Assembly: GCA_027923505.1 (NCBI GenBank)
Contig: BROI01000013.1
Coordinates: 310,001-374,000 of the forward strand
Direction of reading: 5' to 3'
DNA: 64,000 nt
Origin: Mayamaea pseudoterrestris
Lineage: Eukaryota
In this document: one piece after another, positions 24,558 to 33,222 of the stretch
Layout of the letters: each line of letters starts with the position of its first letter
How positions within the stretch are numbered: the first letter of the stretch is position 1
Notes under the pieces: generated by a model
The model's database searches: none
What the model saw: the letters and a program-made list of their open reading frames with translations, nothing else
Told to the model about the DNA's origin: nothing
Translations under genes and position numbers: made by a program

Positions 24558-25375
24558 ATGAAGCTCGCTCTTGTATTCACTCTCGCAGCCTCCGCCTCAG
24601 CCTTCTCGCCGGTGCGTGCTCTAGTTGTAGATCTTGCTGTCGGCGCGGGCCTAGATTTGCCGTTTCAATATTGGATTCTCGGTTGTGCAATGATGGGATG
24701 ATAGATCTTACTTGACGAATGATTCCGCTCCTTTCACAATGCCATGGCTTGAAGTGCAATTGCTCTAGCACAATTGTATGTCTAATTCAGTATACCTTAC
24801 GTTTTTTCTTGCTTTTTCAATACTCCCAGGCCACCTCTCGCCGTGAAGCCATGGCTGCTGCCGGAGCCGCTGTCGGTGCTGCCATTGTCCCATTGGCCGC
24901 CAACGCTGCTGCTGGAGAGTCTCCACGCTTCTCAGTCTTTGGATTGATCGGTGATGGAACGTCCTACAGTGAGGGTGCCGCTTACGGAACCGATCAAAGC
25001 CAGGAAGTTTACTCCCCGTATTCGCCATACTCACCGACTGGTGAGAAGTCACTCTACAAGGCCGAAAACCCAGAGTATGCCGCACGAAAGAAGGCAGTCC
25101 TTGCCGAAACCCGCAAGCGTCTGCAAAAGATCCCTGGCTACGTTGACAAGAAGAAGTGGTTCGAGGTCTACAATGAACTTGGTCGTTACATGTACGAAAC
25201 CCGCGGAGCCGCCAAGGAGTTGGCAACCACCCCTGCCCAGAAGAAGGCTGCCACTGAATTCTTCAAGTCAATTGAAAAGACTGACCTTGCTGCCAGACGT
25301 CGCAACCAAGAACTTGCTGCAAGTGCTGCCGCTGATTCCATCGCCAAGCTTGATGCCTTCACTGCCACTCTCTAA
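24558..25375 (+). CDS. psbQ: Photosystem II extrinsic protein PsbQ'; intron 24612-24829
   Basis: ASAFSP presequence, SRR twin-arginine thylakoid signal with ANA cleavage site, diatom-type AGESPRFSVFGLIGDGTSYSEGAAYG. Confidence 0.88.
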
Positions 25376-25746
25376 GTCAAAATGTTGTGTTTCAATTTAA
25401 TGAGTTAGATACATAAGCGCTTGTAAGGATACAACGATGGTGTTTGAGTTTTATACCATAGACGTAGCGCCTTGGAAACTTCAGCTTAATAAAGAATTGG
25501 GTAACGAAGTGTAGAGGAAATGAAATGTGGACAATGGATGATGATTGTCTATAAATAATGTCGCTAACCACAGATTATCAAGCCAAAGCTCGCAAACTGT
25601 GCTGCGGAATGGTGATAAGATATAGATCAGAACCTACATTAGGTAGTAAAGTAGGTTAAGGGATGTGGTTGCTTGCGATGCTGACACGGTGCGACACTTG
25701 TCACGCCCCAAAGACGACCATCCATTTTTCACATCACAAATTCACC

Positions 25747-27621
25747 ATGGCCGACGCCGACAACGACCATCAGTCGGCGCAGCCACTTCCAGTAAATGGA
25801 TCGGATCCTGTTTCGAATCTAGATGGAGTCACGCATGATGAACTGGCGATAACAATTCGCGTTTTAAATGCCGTCGGAAAGCTTCAAAAGCAACCGGATG
25901 GACTCGACCTCTACAAGCACGTTGCACTCCGACACTTGCGCAAGGCATTGGCGTCTTGTTTCGAGCTGCAAAAGCGAACAATGTATCAGGGAAAGGATGA
26001 AACTGAGTTCTACCAGGAGGAGCGTTTGAAGCGGAGTTTGAAGCGACAAAAGACTGCCGACAAGGCGCTGCAGAAAAAGTACATTGCCACGACGGAATTA
26101 CGCCAAGGACGGATTCAGAAACTGCAGCAACTGACGCACGATGGACAAGAGGAAGAGGAAGAAAAGGTTCGGATCAAGTCGCAGTACCTCATTCCCGATG
26201 GTCACGTTGAGACGACGCTGAAGCAACAGCCGCTGTTGCTGACTGATCAGGAACAAGGTGAAGGAGACGCAAGCACGACCAAGTTGCCCTTCCACCGCTC
26301 CTGCTACGTCTGCAAGATTCGCTATCAAGACTTGCACTCCTTTTACGATCAGCTATGTCCATCCTGCGCTGCTCTTAACTTTGAAAAACGCCATGCAGTG
26401 GCAGATTGCTCACGAAAGGTTGCCGTCGTGACGGGCGCTCGCGTCAAAATCGGCTACCAAGTTTGTCTCAAACTACTGCGGTCCAACTGCATTGTTGTCG
26501 CCACGACGCGCTTTCCGAATGCGGCTGTTGCCAACTTTCGACGTGAAGCTGACTTTGAGAAGTTTCGCGACAAGTTGCTTGTTTACGGACTCGACTTGCG
26601 CGACGTGACGGGGCTGGAAGCGTTTACAAGATATCTCAAGCTGCGCTTTGCCACTGGAATCGATATACTGATCAACAATGCCTGTCAAACGGTGCGGCGA
26701 CCAGCGCAGTATTACAAGCCACTGGTACTGCAGGAGCAGTCCTTGTGGAAGGATGGTGATGCTACGCACAAGGCAATTCTGAGCGGCTGCGCCGAGTTTG
26801 AACGCATTCGGAGAAAAATAGACGAGAATCAACACGATACGACACCGGCGCTACAGAATGGCGATGTCAACCAAACCTCGAAACCAATGCTGTTGGAGGC
26901 GATGGACGAGGAAGACGACACGCAGCAAAGGTCATCAGAAGCTTTGGTGGCTATATCGAGTAGCAGCCCTGTGAGCCACGGTCAGTCACCGTTTGAGACT
27001 TCGGGTCTTTCCCACTCGGCTGCCATGTCGCAAACCGTACTCCTACCGGAGGATGCCGGCGTCTCGAATGATATTCTGCCACCTGGAGTGACAGACATTA
27101 ATGGCCATCAAATCGACTTACGTACGACGAACTCGTGGTTGTTGAAGATGGAGGAAGTCTCAACACCAGAAGTCATGGAATGCATGTTTATTAACTGCAT
27201 TGCGCCCTTCGTATTAAACTCGCGACTAAAGCCACTCATGTGCACTCCCCACACGGAAGACCGACCTGATCGCTACATTATTAATGTTTCTGCTATGGAG
27301 GGAAAGTTTTATCGCTACAAGACACCGCAACATCCGCACACAAACATGGCTAAGGCCGCTTTAAACATGATGACGAGAACGTCGGCGGAGGACTTGGCGA
27401 CTAAACATCGTATATTTATGAACAGTGTCGACACTGGCTGGATTAACGATGAGAATCCTCTAGAAGTTGCTAAAAAGATTGAAGTAACGAATTTGTTTCA
27501 AACGCCTATTGACGAGTGTGATGCGGCGGCGCGGATTCTGGATCCAGTCTTCTCCGGTATTAATGAAAGAAAGAGGAAATATGGTTGCTTCTTTAAGGAC
27601 TATCATGAGTCAGAATGGTAA
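25747..27621 (+). CDS. Short-chain dehydrogenase/reductase with N-terminal CxxC..CxxC module
   Basis: CYVC...CPSC, VVTGARVKIG, LINNA, NVSAMEG, HTNMAKAALN, VDTGW. Confidence 0.85.
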   Translation: MADADNDHQSAQPLPVNGSDPVSNLDGVTHDELAITIRVLNAVGKLQKQPDGLDLYKHVALRHLRKALASCFELQKRTMYQGKDETEFYQEERLKRSLKRQKTADKALQKKYIATTELRQGRIQKLQQLTHDGQEEEEEKVRIKSQYLIPDGHVETTLKQQPLLLTDQEQGEGDASTTKLPFHRSCYVCKIRYQDLHSFYDQLCPSCAALNFEKRHAVADCSRKVAVVTGARVKIGYQVCLKLLRSNCIVVATTRFPNAAVANFRREADFEKFRDKLLVYGLDLRDVTGLEAFTRYLKLRFATGIDILINNACQTVRRPAQYYKPLVLQEQSLWKDGDATHKAILSGCAEFERIRRKIDENQHDTTPALQNGDVNQTSKPMLLEAMDEEDDTQQRSSEALVAISSSSPVSHGQSPFETSGLSHSAAMSQTVLLPEDAGVSNDILPPGVTDINGHQIDLRTTNSWLLKMEEVSTPEVMECMFINCIAPFVLNSRLKPLMCTPHTEDRPDRYIINVSAMEGKFYRYKTPQHPHTNMAKAALNMMTRTSAEDLATKHRIFMNSVDTGWINDENPLEVAKKIEVTNLFQTPIDECDAAARILDPVFSGINERKRKYGCFFKDYHESEW

Positions 27622-27821
27622 CGTACACTAATAATCTTGCTAGGTTTGATTTCTAACTTGGAATGGCACTACTTTTTATCACCTGTCTCTTTGTGAGCAA
27701 CCCATTTCTGGAACTGTTGATGCATTTCGACTTGGGCTACCTGCACAAATTGCGCATCGTGCCACAAGCCATCCTTTGTAGATCATCCCTCCATGGCCTC
27801 GTGGCAAGCGAAAGCTACCGG

Positions 27822-28058
27822 TGTGCTATCTGACACGATTCACATGCACCGGCCCAGCCTCAACGGCGAGCCGGACAGTCAACGGACACGCCCGTCGGGT
27901 ATTAGCGAAGATGGGCGATCCTGATGCGACATCTGCGATCCTCGCCAGTAAAAAGAGCGATGGATCGCCATGGAGGCAACTGGAGGCAAGTTGCCGTTGT
28001 AGCGTTTAAAATACCATCATAATTTCCATTTACATATCATCCTACGATAGGTACTTCA
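27822..28058 (+). repeat. 5' LTR (237 bp)
   Basis: Identical by eye to the 3' LTR except for one T indel (AATTTCC vs AATTTTCC). Confidence 0.95.
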
Positions 28059-28108
28059 CTTTGAATTCAAAATAGACAACTGTCTATCGAAAACGGAAAC
28101 GAAACAAC

Positions 28109-29206
28109 ATGTTGATTAGAGGAGTCGACGTCAAGATCCCTTTGGTGCCTCGCGTCAAGTTTGAGTCGCTACCGAAGCAAGATTTAACCTTTACTAAGCA
28201 AGATGGATCCAAGCACAAGCGCAAGATACAGATTGCTAGTGATGAAGACGTCGTCTCGGTCCTTCGAGTGATCGAGGAGGTAATTGGAGCAATGGAGCAA
28301 CTCGCCTTCGATGGAGCAGCGCCTCATCGTATGCGTGTTCGCAAGGAATCCTTTCGCCTCTGCCTTCTTGGCTCTACTCGTGATACTTGGGATCAATCAG
28401 TCCTATTAGACGACACCATTGTCGCTTGGAATCAATCGCTCAAGCTCTTCCTCTCTGAGCTCATGGTCGTCGACGACGATTTGCGTCGACAAAAAGAGTA
28501 CCTCAAGAATCTCAAGTTGCCCGACGGCTATACAGTTACCCAATCGATTGGTTTGTTGCGTAACATGTTCAAGTTGATGACTTATATGCCGCAAGAAGAC
28601 GTGGATGTTTACCCGACGGCGGTCCAGTATACGGACGAGGACATCAAGGATCTCCTGCTCTCGATGGTCCCTGCTTGGTTACAAGCCAAGTTTGAGGAGC
28701 AATCTTTAACGAGCCGTCTAGTAGACCTCTCCCTGATTCAATTTGCGCGTTGGTTGGATAATATGATCAACTTAAAGGCAAGCAACAGGACTCCAGTCGA
28801 CTCGAACGACAATGGCGGCAGCCGTCGGAGCGGCAAACGCTCGCGTCGCAACGGTGGCAACGGCGGCGGCCAAAACAACGACCATGGGAATGGATCGAGA
28901 AAGAAGCATAAAGCAAACAACGATGCCAACGTGTGCAAATACCATGGCGGCCACACTTGGGAGCAGTGTTTCGGCAACCCCAAGGGCCCGCGCTACAAGC
29001 CGGGTTTCAAACTCGACAAGTCGAAATTGAAAAAGAAAAACAATGGAGGCGGCAACAATGGAGGCGGAGCCGCTCAAGAAGCTGACGAAGACCAGCACAT
29101 GATAGTGGATGTTACAACAGAGGAACCAGCGCAAGCTACAGAGGCAAACGACAGCGAGTCGGAGGTTGATTGGGATCAAGCAATTGGAGCGGTCTTTGAA
29201 GAATGA
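28109..29206 (+). CDS. gag: Gag-like protein
   Basis: Follows the 5' LTR; basic G/N-rich region; CKYHGGHTWEQC knuckle variant. Confidence 0.85.
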   Translation: MLIRGVDVKIPLVPRVKFESLPKQDLTFTKQDGSKHKRKIQIASDEDVVSVLRVIEEVIGAMEQLAFDGAAPHRMRVRKESFRLCLLGSTRDTWDQSVLLDDTIVAWNQSLKLFLSELMVVDDDLRRQKEYLKNLKLPDGYTVTQSIGLLRNMFKLMTYMPQEDVDVYPTAVQYTDEDIKDLLLSMVPAWLQAKFEEQSLTSRLVDLSLIQFARWLDNMINLKASNRTPVDSNDNGGSRRSGKRSRRNGGNGGGQNNDHGNGSRKKHKANNDANVCKYHGGHTWEQCFGNPKGPRYKPGFKLDKSKLKKKNNGGGNNGGGAAQEADEDQHMIVDVTTEEPAQATEANDSESEVDWDQAIGAVFEE

Positions 29207-32200
29207 GATACGGCGGCGGTCTCAGCGGCAGCCAGTGCGACGGAAGACGCTCTTGTAGCGGACGAAGTTAATCAACAAGCTACTAGCGACAAAGTTATGG
29301 ATTACATTCCTGTTGTACTTATTGTCGTTGGTAAAGCTAATGGCAGTCGTTGCAAACGCACGCTTACCGCCCTTTGCGACTCAGGAGCATCGACAAGTTG
29401 GATTAGCCAAAGAGCGGCACATGGATTGCCTCAGTGCAAAGCGCCACGTTTAGTATCACAGACTGCAGTTGGCAAATTGGAAAGCTCTACCAAGATTGAT
29501 TTTGCCGAGTCGTTCCTTCCCGAGTTTAGTACTTCAAAAAGGATCGGCGCCTTTCCAGTGCGAGTCTTCCAGCAGGATATAAGGTATGACATGCTGCTGG
29601 GGCGAGACGTCTTAACGGCGCTCGGATTGACCATTGACTTTGGAGACAAACAAATCAATTGGGGTAATCAATCGACTCCAATGGTGACGATGGAGGATTT
29701 GAGCAATCGGCCAAAACAAATCAGAGACTCTTTGATTGAGCGGTTTGTTCTATTCTCTGATACTGAACCAGATCTGCATACAAGCGAGGAGATTTTATCA
29801 GCTAAGTATAACAAAGTGTCGACAGACGAGGTTGCCGATCAATCAACTCATTTAAATGAGGAGCAACGTACCGATTTAAAACGTCTCTTACGACGCTTTC
29901 CCGCTCTCTTTTCAGGCAAGCTTGGCAAATACCCACACGAGCTAGTCCACATTGACATTGATCCACAAGCTAAACCAGTCCATAAAAGACATTATCCAGT
30001 GCCTCGAGTGCATGAGCAAACCTTCAAGGAAGAGCTTGATCGACTCGTCGAACTCGGTGTACTTGAGCCTTGCGGCCGCAGCGAATGGGCGGCGCCCACC
30101 TTTATTATACCAAAGAAGGACAAGACTGTACGCTTTGTTTCTGACTTTCGGGCGTTGAATAAAGTGATTAAAAGGCGCACGTTCCCGATGCCGCGTATCC
30201 ATGAGCTACTGGCGAGGCGCAGCGGGTACAAGTTCTTCACAAAGCTTGATATTTCAATGCAGTATTATACCTTCCAGTTGGACAAGGAAAGCAGTGAGCT
30301 CTGTACAATTGCAACGCCGTTCGGTTTATTCCGTTACTTGCGCTTGCCAATGGGCGTTAATCAAGCCCCCGATATTGCTCAAGAGGTGATGGAGAAGGTT
30401 TTACAAGGGTTGCGCGACGTTGAAAAGTACCTTGATGACGTCGGCTGCTTTAGCGACACTTGGAAGGAGCATTTAACGCTGTTAGAGTCGGTTTTAAAGC
30501 GACTCGAGGCTAGCGGCTTTACAATCAATCCAAGTAAATGCGAATGGGGCGTCAAGGAAACCGACTGGCTTGGGTACTGGCTCACGCCGACAGGACTCAA
30601 ACCCTGGCCCAAGAAAGTCCAAGCAATTGTGGATATGAAGCCTCCTACCAATCTCAAGCAGTTGCGCTCATTCCTTGGTCTTGTTACATACTATCGAACC
30701 ATGTGGCCGCGACGGTCGCACATGCTTGCTCCTTTGACGAATCTCGTCGGCAAAAAGTCTTTTCAATGGGGTGCGCCTCAACAAAAAGCATTCGAGGAAA
30801 TGAAAGCAGTTGCAGCAAGCGATGTTCTTCTTCGTTATCCTGATCATAACAAGCCATTCGTCATCAAGACAGATGCCTCTGATTATCAACTCGGCGCCGT
30901 CATCCTTCAAGATGGCGTGCCGGTCGCCTATTTCTCGCGCAAACTCAACAGCGCCCAAGTCAATTACACAACCATTGAAAAGGAATTGCTAAGTATTGTT
31001 GAAACGCTCAAAACGTTTCGTTCGATGCTGCTTGGAGCGCGTTTGCAAATCCATACGGACCACAAAAATCTCACTCACGAGTTGACCGCCTTTCAAACGC
31101 AGCGCGTCCTTCGTTGGCGTCTGTACTTGGAGGAGTTCGGACCCGAGTTCCTTTATCTCAAAGGGGAGCTTAATACTGTCGCAGATGCTCTTTCAAGGGT
31201 TCCAACGGCAAGGGAAACCTCTCTAGTGGGGGAGAGCCCTGTTGATGTTTTAAAGCAACAACAGGATGCCCGACAAAAGGAAGCGCAAGAGGCAGCAGTG
31301 CCCATGCGACATACCCATCACGATGACAACTTACACGGTGTCAACGATGGCCATCACGATGGCGGCGTTCTTGCACATTCAATTGAATCAACAACAAACG
31401 ACCATGGGGAAAGGCAAATTGAAGAGCTATCAATTGCTAATGAAGGTTACTGTCTCCTACGGGACGAACCAGAGCTTGCAGAGTGCCTGCTCCTCCATCC
31501 GGAGTTCGACGAACAAGGGCGATATCCCCTGTCGTATTCAACCATTGCCGAGTATCAACAAGAAGATGCAACGCTAATGGCCGCAGTCCAAAACCAAGAC
31601 GCGACAACAATACAATACAAACAACTTGGAGACGTTCAGATTGTTGTATTCCAAGCAGACGAACGCTGGCGAATCTGCATCCCCAGTGCGATCCTCGATC
31701 GCTTGATTCTTTGGTACCACCTCTCAATGGCCCACGCTGGAATGACTCGATTAACAACGAGCATCAAGCAACACTTTTACCATCCTAAGCTCAAGCAGCG
31801 CGTCGAGCATCTTGTTGGTGCCTGCGATACTTGCCAACGCAACAAAGGAGGCAGCCGTCAATATGGAGAGCTGCCAGCGAGAGACGTGCGCGTCGCTCCT
31901 TGGTATGAGGTCCACGTTGATCTCATCGGACCATGGAAAGTATCCGTAAACGGCATTGACTGTTACTTCAGAGCGTTGACGATGATTGACCCAGTTACTA
32001 ACCTTGTCGAAATCGTTCGCTATCAGGACAAGTCGGCGTATCATATCGGCCGCCTCTTTGAAGACAACTGGCTCTCTCGTTATCCTCGACCAATGCGACT
32101 CGTTGCCGACCAAGGCAGTGAGTTTAAAGGAGCATTTGGAACCATCCTTGAACACAATGGGATTGAATGGCATGCCGCTTCGGCCAAGACGCCCACTGCT

Positions 32201-32692
32201 AACAGCATTTGCGAGCGCTGTCACCTCGTTATTGGCAACGTGCTTCGTACCCTGGTTCACGCTCATCCGCCCGAAGACTTGATGGACGCTGACGATATAA
32301 TCGATCAATGTCTCGCCACAGCAATGCATGCAACACGAGTTGTATCAAGTGGAGCTCTTGATAATCTGTCTCCCGGTGCAGTCGTCTTTCAACGCGACAT
32401 GTTTCTGGATATACCGCTTGTTGCCGACATTCTAGCTATCTCTGTTAAACGAGAAGCGATTGTCAATGAACGTTTGCTCCAAGCGAACCGTTCGAGACTG
32501 ACTCATGACTTTAAAGTTGACGAGCAGATCCTCAAGAAGGTATACGACCCTAACAAGCTCGAAGAACGATGGATCGGTCCTTATTCAATTGAACAAGTCC
32601 ACGTTAATGGAACGGTTACCATTCGCCTCTCGCCAATGGTGACTGACCGAGTTAATATTCGACGTATCAAGCCGTATCGGCAAGACGTTTGA
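29207..32692 (+). CDS. pol: Pol (protease, RT, RNase H, integrase); in frame with gag after one TGA, first ATG at 29297
   Basis: LCDSGAS, YLDD, KTDASD, H-x4-H...CxxC, VDLIG/DQGSEF/ER, WIGPY. Confidence 0.95.
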   Translation, partial: DTAAVSAAASATEDALVADEVNQQATSDKVMDYIPVVLIVVGKANGSRCKRTLTALCDSGASTSWISQRAAHGLPQCKAPRLVSQTAVGKLESSTKIDFAESFLPEFSTSKRIGAFPVRVFQQDIRYDMLLGRDVLTALGLTIDFGDKQINWGNQSTPMVTMEDLSNRPKQIRDSLIERFVLFSDTEPDLHTSEEILSAKYNKVSTDEVADQSTHLNEEQRTDLKRLLRRFPALFSGKLGKYPHELVHIDIDPQAKPVHKRHYPVPRVHEQTFKEELDRLVELGVLEPCGRSEWAAPTFIIPKKDKTVRFVSDFRALNKVIKRRTFPMPRIHELLARRSGYKFFTKLDISMQYYTFQLDKESSELCTIATPFGLFRYLRLPMGVNQAPDIAQEVMEKVLQGLRDVEKYLDDVGCFSDTWKEHLTLLESVLKRLEASGFTINPSKCEWGVKETDWLGYWLTPTGLKPWPKKVQAIVDMKPPTNLKQLRSFLGLVTYYRTMWPRRSHMLAPLTNLVGKKSFQWGAPQQKAFEEMKAVAASDVLLRYPDHNKPFVIKTDASDYQLGAVILQDGVPVAYFSRKLNSAQVNYTTIEKELLSIVETLKTFRSMLLGARLQIHTDHKNLTHELTAFQTQRVLRWRLYLEEFGPEFLYLKGELNTVADALSRVPTARETSLVGESPVDVLKQQQDARQKEAQEAAVPMRHTHHDDNLHGVNDGHHDGGVLAHSIESTTNDHGERQIEELSIANEGYCLLRDEPELAECLLLHPEFDEQGRYPLSYSTIAEYQQEDATLMAAVQNQDATTIQYKQLGDVQIVVFQADERWRICIPSAILDRLILWYHLSMAHAGMTRLTTSIKQHFYHPKLKQRVEHLVGACDTCQRNKGGSRQYGELPARDVRVAPWYEVHVDLIGPWKVSVNGIDCYFRALTMIDPVTNLVEIVRYQDKSAYHIGRLFEDNWLSRYPRPMRLVADQGSEFKGAFGTILEHNGIEWHAASAKTPTANSICERCHLVIGNVLRTLVHAHPPEDLMDADDIIDQCLATAMHATRVVSSGALDNLSPGAVVFQRDMFLDIPLVADILAISVKREAIVNERLLQANRSRLTHDFKVDEQILKKVYDPNKLEERWIGPYSIEQVHVNGTVTIRLSPMVTDRVNIRRIKPYRQDV

Positions 32693-32837
32693 GGTTTGCG
32701 CAGCTCCCTTGTTTGATCTACCATGATTGAGCTAAATTACGGCACCCTGTGCGACAGGAAGGCCGCTGCCACTTTACAAACAAGAAGGAAGACATTTTAC
32801 CCCAGCTACCCTCATGGTCGCTCTTAGTGTGGGAGAG

Positions 32838-33075
32838 TGTGCTATCTGACACGATTCACATGCACCGGCCCAGCCTCAACGGCGAGCCGGACAGTCAACG
32901 GACACGCCCGTCGGGTATTAGCGAAGATGGGCGATCCTGATGCGACATCTGCGATCCTCGCCAGTAAAAAGAGCGATGGATCGCCATGGAGGCAACTGGA
33001 GGCAAGTTGCCGTTGTAGCGTTTAAAATACCATCATAATTTTCCATTTACATATCATCCTACGATAGGTACTTCA
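32838..33075 (+). repeat. 3' LTR (238 bp), preceded by PPT AGTGTGGGAGAG
   Basis: Direct repeat of 27822-28058. Confidence 0.95.
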
Positions 33076-33222
33076 ACCGGTACGTCGTACGAGTAACTGT
33101 GTCGCAGCGAGTACCTTTCCGACAGATTCGTTGGAACCATTCGTTTGGGCCAGCGAAAGGGACCTGACCCTCACTTTTTTGTCCGTCTTCCACCTTTGCC
33201 ACTCGCCATCTTATATTCTACC

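Larger units (their letters stand above)
27822..33075 (+). mobile_element. Full-length Ty3/Gypsy LTR retrotransposon
   Basis: TG..CA LTRs; 5-bp TSD ACCGG (27817-27821, 33076-33080); PPT before the 3' LTR; domain order gag, PR, RT, RH, IN. Confidence 0.97.

Noticed and set aside
27821..28009. Identical 62-aa ORFs at 27821 and 32837
   Set aside because: They are simply the two LTR copies.
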